This document shows, in pieces, positions 1-9,201 of a stretch of DNA of 64,000 nucleotides. Location: assembly GCA_040767085.1 (NCBI GenBank), contig JAXGPF010000006.1:256001-320000 (forward strand). The letters run 5' to 3'. Under the pieces are notes generated by a model, which was not told the origin of the DNA, made no database searches, and worked only from the letters and a program-made list of their open reading frames with translations. Position numbers and translations under genes: made by a program. The stretch is from Kiritimatiellia bacterium. GTDB taxonomy: Bacteria > Verrucomicrobiota > Kiritimatiellia > JAAZAB01. Every line of letters begins with the position of its first letter. Position 1 is the first letter of the stretch.

Positions 1-7
1 CCAGCCT

Positions 8-808
8 TTACAGTTCCTGCTTGTGGCGGATGTCGCGCTGCCGGATCATGTTCAATTCCTGCAGCTTGTCCTGGATACGCTGATAATCTATCGGCGGCAA
101 ATCCTTGACGAAGGTCACGTCGGCCGGATTGCGGAGTGCCAGCGAGAGCCGGCCCCTGACGGACTGGGCAAACACCAGCAATTCCACTTCGCGCGGGGTA
201 ACTTCCAGGGTGATCGTGCTGTATCCCGCCCGCGCCGCCTGGCGCTCGCCCGTTTGCGGCCGGGCCGCCATCTGCTGGCCGGCGGCCAGCACCGTCACAT
301 CCTGCAGGACGGTCAGTGTGACGATTTCCTGCTCGTTGGGCCGGTTGGTGGAAGGAATGGTGAACGTGCCGATGATGTCCACATGATCGTTCGGCCGCAC
401 CATGCCGCTGACCGACGAAACGGCGTCAACCGAAATCGAGATGGCGCGCAGCGACAGGGTCACAATATCGGCCAGGCCGGCCTCCGCGCGATACGGCACG
501 TCCACGTCCGACCACAGGATCGGCTCGTTTTTGTTGATGGTGAAGAGCAGCTTTTTGCCGACGATTTCCTCGGCCGATTCCGGCAGCACCGCCCGGTTGC
601 CGACATTGCGGCGGAACACCTTCAGCTTGCCGAGGTCGGTCCGCTTGAGGACCGAGCCGGCCGGCAGGTCCTGCGCCGCACCCACCACCCAGATGCTGCT
701 GGCGCCGCTCATGATCAGTTCCTTCTCGTGGCGCAGATAGGCGCCGGTCAGCAGGAACGCCAGGATCCCGCATACCAGCGCAATGACCAGGACGAGTTTT
801 TGCTTCAT
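8..808 (-). CDS. cpaB: Flp/Tad pilus assembly protein CpaB (RcpC)
   Basis: N-terminal TM helix, SAF-like segment (VVGAAQDLPAGSVL), RAISISVDAVSSVSGMVRPNDHVDII, VLQDVTVLA, TLEVTP and LSLALRNP motifs typical of CpaB. Confidence 0.9.
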   Translation of the reverse strand: MKQKLVLVIALVCGILAFLLTGAYLRHEKELIMSGASSIWVVGAAQDLPAGSVLKRTDLGKLKVFRRNVGNRAVLPESAEEIVGKKLLFTINKNEPILWSDVDVPYRAEAGLADIVTLSLRAISISVDAVSSVSGMVRPNDHVDIIGTFTIPSTNRPNEQEIVTLTVLQDVTVLAAGQQMAARPQTGERQAARAGYSTITLEVTPREVELLVFAQSVRGRLSLALRNPADVTFVKDLPPIDYQRIQDKLQELNMIRQRDIRHKQEL

Positions 809-866
809 GGCATTTTACCGTTTGCTGTTTTCCAGGCGGCCGGGCTGCCGGGCGGCGGCGCAGTCT

Positions 867-1838
867 TTAAATCGCTTCAATGGTGGAGGGCGGCTTGGCG
901 GTGATGTTGTACGTCACGCTGACCACGCCCGGCACTTCGCGGGTGATCTGGTCGCCCAGTTTCACCAGGGTTTTATAGGGCAGATGCGTGGGACGGGCGG
1001 TGACGGCATCGCGGCTGTCCCAGCAGCGCACTTCGATCTGGCGGCCGAAGTCGCGGCGGCCGGCCCGGATGCCCGTCACGCGGTCGGCGTGCAAAATCGC
1101 CAGGCATTGGAACGCCGGCACGCGCGCCAGGACGCGCTCCACAACCGCCGTGGCCTGGCGCACCAATTCCACTTCCGCGGGGGTGACTTCGCCGATCACG
1201 CGCGCGGCCAGTGCCGGCCCGGGGAACGGCGGCCGCTGGCAGAGGGCGGCGGGCAACCCCAGGGCGCGCCCCACGCGGCGCACGGCCGGTTTGCGCAGGT
1301 TGATCAAGGGTTCCAGCACGGTATAGCCGTAGGCTTTGCGGGTGTCGATGCCCAGTTGGGACAGGATGTTATGCTGGCGCTTGATCCCGGCCACCGTTTC
1401 CTCCACGTCGGTCAGAATCGTGCCGTGCAGCAGAAAGCGCGCGCCGGTCCGCCGGACCAGCCGGCCGAAAACTTTTTTGTAAAAGGCATGGGTGATGGCC
1501 TGGCGCTTGGCTTCCGGGTCGGTCTTCCCCTTGAGTTCGGCGAAAAACTCGCGGCGCGCGTCCACCAATTCGACCGGGACGCCGCGCTGGCGGAACAGCT
1601 TGACCACGGTCTGCGGCTCGCCCGCCCGCATCAAGCCATTGTCAATGAAATAGGTTTTCAGGCGCGCGCCCAACGCGCGGTGGGCCAGCAGCGTCACCAC
1701 CGACGAATCCACGCCCCCGGAGAGCGCGTTGATGGCGATGCCATCGCCTACCGCCGCGCGCAAGGCCGCGACCTGGTCCCGGATGTATTCCGCCGGCTTC
1801 AGCCTGGCCAGAGTGATTTCCTTGAGTTTAGTTTTCAT
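867..1838 (-). CDS. GMP synthase ATP-pyrophosphatase subunit (GuaA C-terminal part, no glutaminase domain)
   Basis: PP-loop ALSGGVDSSV, IDNGLMR, DPEAKR, GTILTD, PFPGPALAAR, C-terminal YNITAKPPSTIE; start placed at ATG 1838 after a GGAG RBS. Confidence 0.88.
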   Translation of the reverse strand: MKTKLKEITLARLKPAEYIRDQVAALRAAVGDGIAINALSGGVDSSVVTLLAHRALGARLKTYFIDNGLMRAGEPQTVVKLFRQRGVPVELVDARREFFAELKGKTDPEAKRQAITHAFYKKVFGRLVRRTGARFLLHGTILTDVEETVAGIKRQHNILSQLGIDTRKAYGYTVLEPLINLRKPAVRRVGRALGLPAALCQRPPFPGPALAARVIGEVTPAEVELVRQATAVVERVLARVPAFQCLAILHADRVTGIRAGRRDFGRQIEVRCWDSRDAVTARPTHLPYKTLVKLGDQITREVPGVVSVTYNITAKPPSTIEAI

Positions 1839-1923
1839 GTACGCTCCCGTTTGATTCGATGCAGCCTGTTGATTCGCGGCAGTATATCGCACCGGGCGAC
1901 AAACACCAACAGGAAAATTCCGG

Positions 1924-2442
1924 TTAAAATTCCACGCCCGGCCGCGCCGCCACGCCCCGGTCATAGGGATGCTTGACGGCGCGCATTTCGGTGACCAGGT
2001 CCGCCCGTTCCAGCAGGCGCGGATGCGCATCGCGTCCGGTAATCACCAGTTCCACGCCGGCCGGCCGGATGTCCGCCAGACGGAGCAGCCGGTCAACGCC
2101 GAACAGGCCGGCGGCGACGGCGCAATTAGCCTCGTCGGCTATCACCATGTCATAGGCGCCGCCGCATAATGCCTGTTCCAGATCGGCCAGGCCGGCGGCC
2201 GCCGCGCGGATATCTTCCGCGGCGGGCGGCCCTTGTATAAACCGGCCAAGGCCGTACTGCCGGCAAGCGATCTGCGGCAGATATGTGCGCAAGGCCCGGA
2301 TTTCGCTGAACGCGCCGGACTTGATGAATTGCCCGATGAATACCCGCAAGCCTGCGCCCGCGGCGCGCAATGCCAGGCCCAGCGCCGCGGTGGTTTTCCC
2401 CTTGCCGCCGCCGGTATATACTTGAAGTAAGCCGGTCTGCAT
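1924..2442 (-). CDS. cobO: Cob(I)yrinic acid a,c-diamide adenosyltransferase (CobO/BtuR)
   Basis: QVYTGGGKGKTTAALGLALRAAG, QFIK, ADE, VITGR, ADLVTEM..KHPY..G. Confidence 0.92.
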   Translation of the reverse strand: MQTGLLQVYTGGGKGKTTAALGLALRAAGAGLRVFIGQFIKSGAFSEIRALRTYLPQIACRQYGLGRFIQGPPAAEDIRAAAAGLADLEQALCGGAYDMVIADEANCAVAAGLFGVDRLLRLADIRPAGVELVITGRDAHPRLLERADLVTEMRAVKHPYDRGVAARPGVEF

Positions 2443-2443
2443 A

Positions 2444-3484
2444 TTAAACATCCACCGGCGGCGGGCGCTCGCCAAAACGTTCCGCCAGTTGCAACGTTTC
2501 TTTCAGCGGCCGCATGCCATCGGTGGCGCCGGGATGCGCCAACGAAGCCGCCGCGGCGCAGGCGCCCAACCGCATGCCATCCTGGTAATTCCATCCCTCA
2601 TGCAGGGCGTAGAGCATGCCCGCGCAGAAGGCGTCGCCGGCGCCCACGGCGCCCTTGATATAATCGGCCGGCAGCCGCAACGAACCGCGCGCCAGGCGTT
2701 GGCCTGAGCGCGTCTGGAGATAGGCGCCCTCTGGCATATGCACCACCACCAGTTCCATGCCGCCCATCTCCAGAAGTTTTTCCGCCGATGCCAGCAAGGC
2801 CGCGCCGTTAAAGCTGCCGTCGTCGCGGCGGATGGGCAGGCCCACCGTCCGGCCGGCTTCGATTTCGTTCAGAATCAGGTAATCGGTGTACGGCAGGGCC
2901 GCCGGCACGATCCGCGCGAACCGGTCGCTTTCCTCGCTGACCACATCCACGCTGGTCTTGATGCCCGCAGCCTGCACATGGCGCAACAGCCGGGCGGCCG
3001 CGGTGCCGTATTGCTTGTCGGGCGCATCCATGGCGTCCAGCAGCAGCAGGTAGCCCAGGTGAAAGATGCGGCAGGACAAGCGCGCCACCGGCACATGCTC
3101 CGGGCTGAAGCGGGCATTGGCGCCGCGGCAATGGTAAAACACGCGGTCGCCGGTGCCGCTTTCCGTCATGACGTCGGTAAAGGATGTCGCGGCGTCCGGC
3201 AGCGCCAGCAGGCCGGAGCAATCTATTTTGCATTCCGCGCAATTGCGCAGCACAAAATCACGGCCGGCATCCGCGCCCACCACGCCAATCCCGGCCAGCG
3301 GGAAATCGGCGCCCAGCCGGCCCAGGTCCATCAGCACGTTGAACGGCGCGCCGCCGGTGCCCAGGGTTTCCGACTGGATGTTGGCGAGCATGCCGCGCCC
3401 CGGCAGGCAGTCCAGCATTTTCACATGATCCACGATCCAGTTGCCCGCGCAGGTGATCCCGCGCAGTTGATTTTTCGATTGCAT
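2444..3484 (-). CDS. PfkB family carbohydrate kinase
   Basis: GGAPFNV N-terminal signature, LNEIEA, C-terminal GAVGAGDAFCAG anion-hole motif. Confidence 0.9.
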   Translation of the reverse strand: MQSKNQLRGITCAGNWIVDHVKMLDCLPGRGMLANIQSETLGTGGAPFNVLMDLGRLGADFPLAGIGVVGADAGRDFVLRNCAECKIDCSGLLALPDAATSFTDVMTESGTGDRVFYHCRGANARFSPEHVPVARLSCRIFHLGYLLLLDAMDAPDKQYGTAAARLLRHVQAAGIKTSVDVVSEESDRFARIVPAALPYTDYLILNEIEAGRTVGLPIRRDDGSFNGAALLASAEKLLEMGGMELVVVHMPEGAYLQTRSGQRLARGSLRLPADYIKGAVGAGDAFCAGMLYALHEGWNYQDGMRLGACAAAASLAHPGATDGMRPLKETLQLAERFGERPPPVDV

Positions 3485-3501
3485 GATTCCCCATCCCAAG
3501 G

Positions 3502-4650
3502 TTAGTACAACAAAACTTCCCGGCGCTCGGCGTTAAAACGGCGCAAGCCGGCGCGCCACCCGGCGCTGATTGCCCGCCAATCCCGGCCCTGCTGCAACTG
3601 GATGCGCGTCATGGGCGAGCCGTAAAGCTTGTCAAAAAAATCCGGTCGGGCGTCGGGCGCGCGCCAGATGCGCGCGGCGCCATACAACCGCTGCAGGCAC
3701 TCCAGGATCGCCAGGCTGGCGGCCGCGGGCCGGAAAATCCGCGGATCATGCACCGCCAGGCGGATGCCATCCAGCAGGCGGTCCGCGCCGGCCGGCTGGT
3801 AAGGATGGGCGTAAAACTTCACCCCGGGCAATGCCTGCCGGCGCAGCCAATCGAGCGCGGGCGCGGCGCGCAGCCACGGCGCGCCGAAAACCTGGAAGAC
3901 CAGGTTGGTGCCACGTCCGGTGTCCACCGCCGGCAGCGCCTCGCCGAACACCGTCGCCAGGTAACAGCGGGCGGTTTCCCAGGAGCGGATGCCGGGCGAC
4001 GGCGGCAGCCAGGGCGGCCAATCGGCCTCCCGGCCCGGTTGCCGGCGGTATCCCGCCATGGGCGCCACGCGCACATCCGCGTCCAGGCCAAGCTTGCGCC
4101 GCAGCCAGAGCGCCGTCTCCCCCGGGGTCATACCATAAGCCATGGGCGCCGGCACGGCGCAGACAAAGCTGTCGCAACTCCCATCCGGCAGTGGCCCGTC
4201 GGCAACATGCGGCAGGGGGATCGGCCGATCGGCGACGATCACTGGAAGGCCGGCGGCGGCGGCGGCTTCCAGCACACCGCGCAACGTGGAGACGTAAGTG
4301 TAAGGCCGCGCTCCCAGGTCCTGCAAATCGAACACGAGCAAATCCAAGCCCCGCAATTGCGCCGGTGTCGGACGCCGGGCGGAGCCGTACAGGGAATAAA
4401 CCGGCACATTCCAGGCCGGGTGGCGGCGATGTCCCACCCGGGCGCCCGCGCCGGCGGCGCCGGCAAATCCATGTTCGGGCCCGAACAGCGCCGCCAGCCG
4501 GGTGCCGCGGCCAAGCCGCAGCCTTTCCGCGGTGGTCGCGCCCTGGCGGTCCACGGCGGCCAGGTGGCTTACCAAGCCCACACGCGCGCCAGCCAGCCAG
4601 CGCCGGCGGCTTCCGAGCAATACATCTATTCCGGGTCGGAAAGCGCCCAT
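3502..4650 (-). CDS. DUF1343 / NamZ-family exo-beta-N-acetylmuramidase
   Basis: ALFGPEHGF, VYSLYG, FDLQDLGARPYTYVST, DRPIP, GMTPGE, PSP, GRGT motifs. Confidence 0.88.
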   Translation of the reverse strand: MGAFRPGIDVLLGSRRRWLAGARVGLVSHLAAVDRQGATTAERLRLGRGTRLAALFGPEHGFAGAAGAGARVGHRRHPAWNVPVYSLYGSARRPTPAQLRGLDLLVFDLQDLGARPYTYVSTLRGVLEAAAAAGLPVIVADRPIPLPHVADGPLPDGSCDSFVCAVPAPMAYGMTPGETALWLRRKLGLDADVRVAPMAGYRRQPGREADWPPWLPPSPGIRSWETARCYLATVFGEALPAVDTGRGTNLVFQVFGAPWLRAAPALDWLRRQALPGVKFYAHPYQPAGADRLLDGIRLAVHDPRIFRPAAASLAILECLQRLYGAARIWRAPDARPDFFDKLYGSPMTRIQLQQGRDWRAISAGWRAGLRRFNAERREVLLY

Positions 4651-4659
4651 GTCACGCCG

Positions 4660-5904
4660 TCATTTCGCCATGATACGCGGATCGGTTACCCGCTGTTCGC
4701 GCACGTTCTTCTTCTCGCCCTTGGCCGACCGGCGCAGTTTTTCCAGCAAGGCGGCATACTTGGCGCGGCCGATCGGCAGCTTGACCCAACCGCCGGTATG
4801 CGACGACAGGGTAATGGCGTTGGCCAATTCCAACGAACCCAGCCCGCTCTCGCCCGGCGTCACCAGCGGCGCGTCGAACAGAATATGGTCCACGGTATTC
4901 TTGATCACCTGCGTGTGGCTGACGGCATGCGGCGGCGCGCGGTCGAAATCTTCATAATCGCTGTGGGCCAACTGCGCCATTTGAGTGGCGACGGGCACCT
5001 CCCAGACCTGCGGGCTGCCCCACATATCCGTGCTTTTCCGTACATGCTCGCCCAGGGAGGGATGGTACTGATAAAACGATAATTTCCCGTCGCGCAGGAA
5101 CAATTTGCCCTTGTCGCCGCAGATTTCGATGGTCTGGCCGGGCGCCGTCTCGCAGGTCGTACAATAAAGGTAGCCCACGCCGCCGTTGGGATAGCGCAAC
5201 AACGCCTCCGCCTGATCCTCCACTTCGATCTTATGCATGCGGGTGGAAGTAATGCCCAGGACCTCGCTGGGCAAGCCGGCCAACTGGATGAACATGTCAA
5301 TCATGTGCGGCGATTGGTTCATCATCACGCCGCCGCCTTCACCCCGCCAGGTGGCGCGCCACCGGCCGGCGTCATAGTAACTCTGCGAGCGGTACTGCAA
5401 ATCCACCAGCATGGTCCGGTTGATGGCGCCGATATGGCCGCCCTGGATCAATTCGCGGGCCTTGACCATGGTGGGGCTGAACCGCATTTGAAACATGACC
5501 GTGAAAACCACCTTGTTGCGCTTGGCCGCCTGCACCATTTTTTCCGCGGTGGCGATGGATTCGGTCAGCGGTTTCTCGGAAATCACGTGCAGGCCGGCCT
5601 GCATGGCGTCCACCGCCACCTGCATATGGAAGGGATGGGGCGTGGCGATCAAGACCAGGTCGCACACGCCGGCCTTGATCAATGCCCGGTGATCGCCGAA
5701 ATGCGGCACGCCCCACTCCTGGCCGACTTCCGCGGCCGAGGGCAGATTCGTGTCGCATACCGCCGCCAGCCGCGCATGGGGCACTGACTGAATACAGCGG
5801 CAATGCCCGCGTCCCATGCCGCCGGTGCCGACCACGGCAATGCGGACAAAGCCGTTGCGGCGGGATTGCTGACGGTCCTTCCTGCTGAGCTTGCTCTTGG
5901 CCAT
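4660..5904 (-). CDS. Gfo/Idh/MocA family oxidoreductase
   Basis: VVGTGGMG Rossmann motif, IATPHPFH, EKP, GGGVMMNQSPHMID; AGGAG RBS before ATG 5904. Confidence 0.92.
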   Translation of the reverse strand: MAKSKLSRKDRQQSRRNGFVRIAVVGTGGMGRGHCRCIQSVPHARLAAVCDTNLPSAAEVGQEWGVPHFGDHRALIKAGVCDLVLIATPHPFHMQVAVDAMQAGLHVISEKPLTESIATAEKMVQAAKRNKVVFTVMFQMRFSPTMVKARELIQGGHIGAINRTMLVDLQYRSQSYYDAGRWRATWRGEGGGVMMNQSPHMIDMFIQLAGLPSEVLGITSTRMHKIEVEDQAEALLRYPNGGVGYLYCTTCETAPGQTIEICGDKGKLFLRDGKLSFYQYHPSLGEHVRKSTDMWGSPQVWEVPVATQMAQLAHSDYEDFDRAPPHAVSHTQVIKNTVDHILFDAPLVTPGESGLGSLELANAITLSSHTGGWVKLPIGRAKYAALLEKLRRSAKGEKKNVREQRVTDPRIMAK

Positions 5905-5946
5905 GCGTCTGCTCCTTGTTCTCAATTTTCATTGAAGGTGTGGCCT

Positions 5947-5974
5947 ATGATACCGTCCCGGCGGGTGGTGTCAA
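5947..5974 (-). promoter_or_regulatory. Candidate sigma70 promoter for the Gfo-to-cpaB operon
   Basis: Minus strand TTGACA-N16-TATCAT, about 40 bp upstream of the start codon. Confidence 0.55.
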
Positions 5975-6008
5975 GGCAAACCCGGCATTCCCCCTCAAGG
6001 CTGCAGGG

Positions 6009-6195
6009 ATGCGTCATTCTAGGCGGCACGCTCCCGCGCCAGGCGGGACAAGCCGGAGGTTCACCCCGCTCTGGGCGGGGACGTGCCCTACCAAAGGCAA
6101 AATTATTAAAAAATGGCAGGGCGCGGTCTCCCTGCTTCGCTGAAGCTATGCAGGGCAAGCCGCACCGCGCCGTCTTTCCCGGGAAGGACGCAGCC
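6009..6195. repeat. REP/REPIN-like inverted pair with nested small palindromic insertions
   Basis: Outward-facing GGTAGGGCACG (minus) and GGCAGGGCGCG (plus) units; the right unit matches 61582-61625 (minus) apart from a ~30-bp insert. Confidence 0.5.
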
Positions 6196-6290
6196 GTGCC
6201 GCCAAATGGCTTGCCTTAAGATTGTGCTTGATTTATCAGGCGGCATCCGGCAGGATTTCGCCCTGAAATAAATTCATTACTGGAGGCTAC

Positions 6291-7052
6291 ATGTCCTTGC
6301 GCCGCATCATCCAAACCGCCTGCATTATCGCCTGTATCCCCTGTCTGTCCCGGCTGGCGCCCGACGCCGCGGCTCAGTCCGCCGGTCTCGTTATCGAGCA
6401 AACCATGGAACTCAGCGTCATTCCCGGCCAGCCGCCCATGGCGAGCACGCAAAAAATCTGGCTGGCGCCCGGCAAAATACGCATGGAAATGCAAGGCGGC
6501 AGCATGCCTGGCATGGGTAACATGACCACGATCGTCCGGACCGACTTGAACAAGGTCTATATGTTGGACGATACCGCCAAAACTTACATGGAGATGCCCG
6601 CCGATCTGGCCGCCGGCACCACGGCCGCCAAAATTGAGATGAGGGCCACCGGCCAGAAGAAAAAGATCAAGGAATGGAATTGCGAGGAATACATCATCAC
6701 CGGCAGCGGCGAAATGGCCGAGATCAAGATGACCGTCTGGGCGTCCGAGGATATCAAGGTTGACGAAAAACTCCGCGACAGCCTGCTGGCCTCGATCAAA
6801 AATCCCATGTTAAATTCGCTGGCCGATAAGCTGCGCGAACTCAAGGGATTCCCCGTGGAGCAATCCATCGCTATCAATATGGGCGGTATGCCCACCACCA
6901 CGGCCACACGGCTCAATTCCGTGGCAGAACAGAACATTCCCGACGATAAGTTCGAAGTACCCGCGGGCTATGCCCTGCGCCAGATGTTCCCGCAAGGGGG
7001 GCCTCCCAAAGCGCCAGGCGGCAGTGCTGTTACCGCCGGCAATCCGGATTAA
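6291..7052 (+). CDS. Secreted DUF4412-like protein
   Basis: Signal-peptide-like N-terminus, TIVRTD..KVYMLDD..KTYMEM, TGQKKKIKEWNCEEY, GFP, IPDDKFEVPAGY; GGAGG RBS. Confidence 0.75.
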   Translation: MSLRRIIQTACIIACIPCLSRLAPDAAAQSAGLVIEQTMELSVIPGQPPMASTQKIWLAPGKIRMEMQGGSMPGMGNMTTIVRTDLNKVYMLDDTAKTYMEMPADLAAGTTAAKIEMRATGQKKKIKEWNCEEYIITGSGEMAEIKMTVWASEDIKVDEKLRDSLLASIKNPMLNSLADKLRELKGFPVEQSIAINMGGMPTTTATRLNSVAEQNIPDDKFEVPAGYALRQMFPQGGPPKAPGGSAVTAGNPD

Positions 7053-7250
7053 CCGCCAAAAAACGCAAGGTCTGCACTGGCGGAATCCGGAACGGCATAA
7101 TTATCCGCAAAAGAACGGCAGAATGCATAGACGGAATCCGGAACGGAATAATTATCCGCTAAAGAACGCAAAAGAGCGCATAGACAGAATACAGAACGGC
7201 AGAATTAACCGCCAAAGAATGGCAAGCGCATAGACGGAATCCGGAACGGC
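7048..7250 (+). repeat. Imperfect tandem repeat, 4 x ~52 bp
   Basis: Units start at 7048, 7100, 7151 and 7204; consensus about ATTA(A/T)CCGCnAAAGAACG..GCATAGACGGAATCCGGAACGG. Confidence 0.85.
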
Positions 7251-7343
7251 GCGCAATATGCGCGTCCTTCCGTCTTAATGCTCATATCATTCCGGCTGTA
7301 GCGGCCGAACTGTGTTCGGCTTCCGATTGGGTCGTGGTCATCC

Positions 7344-7799
7344 TCACCGCATTTTGAACATGACCCCGTTGGGAATGTATTCGAAGCACCCTAAATCAGC
7401 CTGGCCGCTGAACCGGTCGGGCTGGGTATGCCGGTCCAGGTCCACCGCGCCGGCTTCCTGCATCCACGGCCGGTTGGTTCCGGCATTGATGACCGTCGAA
7501 CCGCCGGCCAAGCGGTAATTCCCGGCCACGTGATTAGTGCCATACCCGCTGCCGGGATCAATCACCAGCGGATCAGCGGTAGTATTGCCGGCACCCGGCA
7601 AGGCCAACGGCGCGCAGCAATATTCCAGGAAATTCGATCCCGCCACGGTGTCGCAAAACACCTCGGCGGTCGCGGTTGGATGATTGGACCAGACAATGGT
7701 ATTGCGCACCGGGTTGGTGCCCAGCATGTATATGCCGGCGCCCACCGAAGTGCTGTAATTGCCGAAAACCGTGCAATTTTCAACGTAACCGGTCCAAAC
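7344..7799 (-). pseudogene. 3' remnant of a secreted beta-helix (choice-of-anchor Q-like) gene, truncated by an IS
   Basis: VENCTVFGN..RNTIVWSN..YRLAGGSTVINAGTNRPWM..DLD..DLGCFEY closely parallels the C-terminus of 12424-13857; the reading frame runs into the IS end at 7800. Confidence 0.8.
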
Positions 7800-7886
7800 T
7801 GTCGTAAACAAATGACTTGGCCGCATAATTAACAAATGATTTGTCCGCTTAAAGCTGTCAGGATGGTGCATTCAAAGGGGGGTTAT

Positions 7887-9071
7887 ATGGATGAATATCC
7901 GAAGGCAGCACTGGAGCGGGCAATGAAGGTACAGGAAGTGATCTTGCGTGCGATTGAAGGGCGGTTAATGTGGTGGGAGGCGGCGGAGATACTAGGTGTG
8001 AGCTACCGGACCATGCGGCGCTGGAAAGGGCGCTACGAGCGGTATGGTTACGACGGGCTGCTGGATCGTCGGCGGAAGATACCGGGGCCGCGGCGCGTGC
8101 CCCTTGCGACGGTGAAGCAGGTGCTGAGGTTGTACCGAGAAGAATACATGGATTTCAATGTGAGGCATTTTCACGAGAAGCTGCAGGCGGAGCATGGGAT
8201 CGAGCTCAGTTATCAGTGGGTCAAGAGCGCCTTGCAGACGGCCGGGTTGGTGGCGAAGGCCCGGAAACGAGGGCCGCATCGGCAGCAGCGGGAACGGCGA
8301 CCAATGGCGGGGATGATGTTGATGGTGGATGGCAGCACCCATGCCTGGTTGCCCCTGCTGGCGGGCCAGAAGCAGGATCTGATCCTGGTGATGGACGATG
8401 CCACCAGCGAAGTCTACACGGCCTATCTTGTGCCCCAGGAAGGGACATTAACGGTGATGAAGGGGTTGAAAGAAGTCATTATTAAACATGGGGTTTTCTG
8501 CAGTCTGTACACGGATCGTGGCAGTCATTTCTTTTATACGCCCAAAGAAGGCGGGGCGGTGGACCGGCGTCAATTGACGCAAATTGGACGGGCGTTGCAA
8601 CAGTTGGGGATCGAACATATTCCGAGCTATAGCCCCCAGGGACGTGGGCGAATAGAGCGGATGTTTAAGACCTGGCAAGGGCGCCTGCCGCAGGAATTAA
8701 GGCAGGCGGGAATCCGGACGATGGCCGAGGCCAACGTCTATATTCAACAACAGTTTCTGCCTTCCTTCAATCGCAACATGAAGGTGAAGGCGCGGGAAAC
8801 AGGAACGTGTTTCGTGCCTTGCGGTGAGCAGGATTTGGACAGCATTTTCTGTGTGCAGCATGCGCGAGAGGTTCAAAATGACAATACCGTGGCTGTCGGG
8901 AGTCGCCGCTTGCAGATTGGACCATCAAAATGGCGTTTCAGCTTCGCCAAGTGCCGGGTTAAAGTCTGCGAGCACCTCGATGGCACGGTGTCCATCCGTT
9001 ATGGCCCGCATGTGGTTGGCCGCTACCAAGGACCGTTGAACATTTCGGCGTCGCTGGAGGACGTCGCATAA
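7887..9071 (+). CDS. ISNCY/IS1202-like DDE transposase
   Basis: N-terminal HTH (EAAEILGVSYRTMRRW), rve core MVDGSTH / YTDRGSHF / SPQGRGRIER. Confidence 0.93.
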   Translation: MDEYPKAALERAMKVQEVILRAIEGRLMWWEAAEILGVSYRTMRRWKGRYERYGYDGLLDRRRKIPGPRRVPLATVKQVLRLYREEYMDFNVRHFHEKLQAEHGIELSYQWVKSALQTAGLVAKARKRGPHRQQRERRPMAGMMLMVDGSTHAWLPLLAGQKQDLILVMDDATSEVYTAYLVPQEGTLTVMKGLKEVIIKHGVFCSLYTDRGSHFFYTPKEGGAVDRRQLTQIGRALQQLGIEHIPSYSPQGRGRIERMFKTWQGRLPQELRQAGIRTMAEANVYIQQQFLPSFNRNMKVKARETGTCFVPCGEQDLDSIFCVQHAREVQNDNTVAVGSRRLQIGPSKWRFSFAKCRVKVCEHLDGTVSIRYGPHVVGRYQGPLNISASLEDVA

Positions 9072-9074
9072 ACT

Positions 9075-9100
9075 TTTTCCTCCCCCGCGGGGGAGGAAAA
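9075..9100. terminator. Perfect 26-bp palindrome after the transposase stop (possible bidirectional terminator)
   Basis: TTTTCCTCCCCCGCGGGGGAGGAAAA. Confidence 0.55.
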
Positions 9101-9185
9101 TCCTCACCCCAGGAGCAACAACACACAATAACAAATCGGACAGATCACTTGTTACAAAAAGCGGACACTTGACTTGTTACGAACA

Positions 9186-9201
9186 GCATTTTTTGGCATG
9201 G
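9186..9201 (+). repeat. 16-bp target-site duplication, left copy
   Basis: GCATTTTTTGGCATGG, identical to 10655-10670. Confidence 0.92.

Larger units (their letters stand above)
7800..9185 (+). mobile_element. Insertion sequence A, ISNCY/IS1202-like (1,386 bp)
   Basis: TGT...ACA ends; left TGTCGTAAACAAATGACTTGGCCGC versus right (rc) TGTTCGTAACAAGTCAAGTGTCCGC, with internally repeated AACAA..GA..TGTCCG binding motifs; encodes a DDE transposase; no matching flanking DR. Confidence 0.88.

Noticed and set aside
3748-5082. Long antisense or alternative-frame ORFs (also 783-1976, 16837-18003, 26828-27925, 55348-56472 and others)
   Set aside because: Shadow ORFs of high-GC coding strands; no motifs, and they overlap well-supported genes
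7048-7250. Possible CRISPR array
   Set aside because: Whole units are similar with no unique spacers, the repeats are degenerate, and there are no cas genes in the window
7778-7799. XerD-arm-like TTACGTTGAAA (minus strand) beside the IS-A end, suggesting xrs targeting
   Set aside because: Only 8/11 match, it lies inside coding sequence (GYVEN), there is no XerC arm, and the geometry does not fit insertion outside an intact xrs site
7344-7871. ORF-track 175-aa ORF as an intact gene
   Set aside because: Its first ~24 codons are IS-A end sequence; it is a truncated remnant
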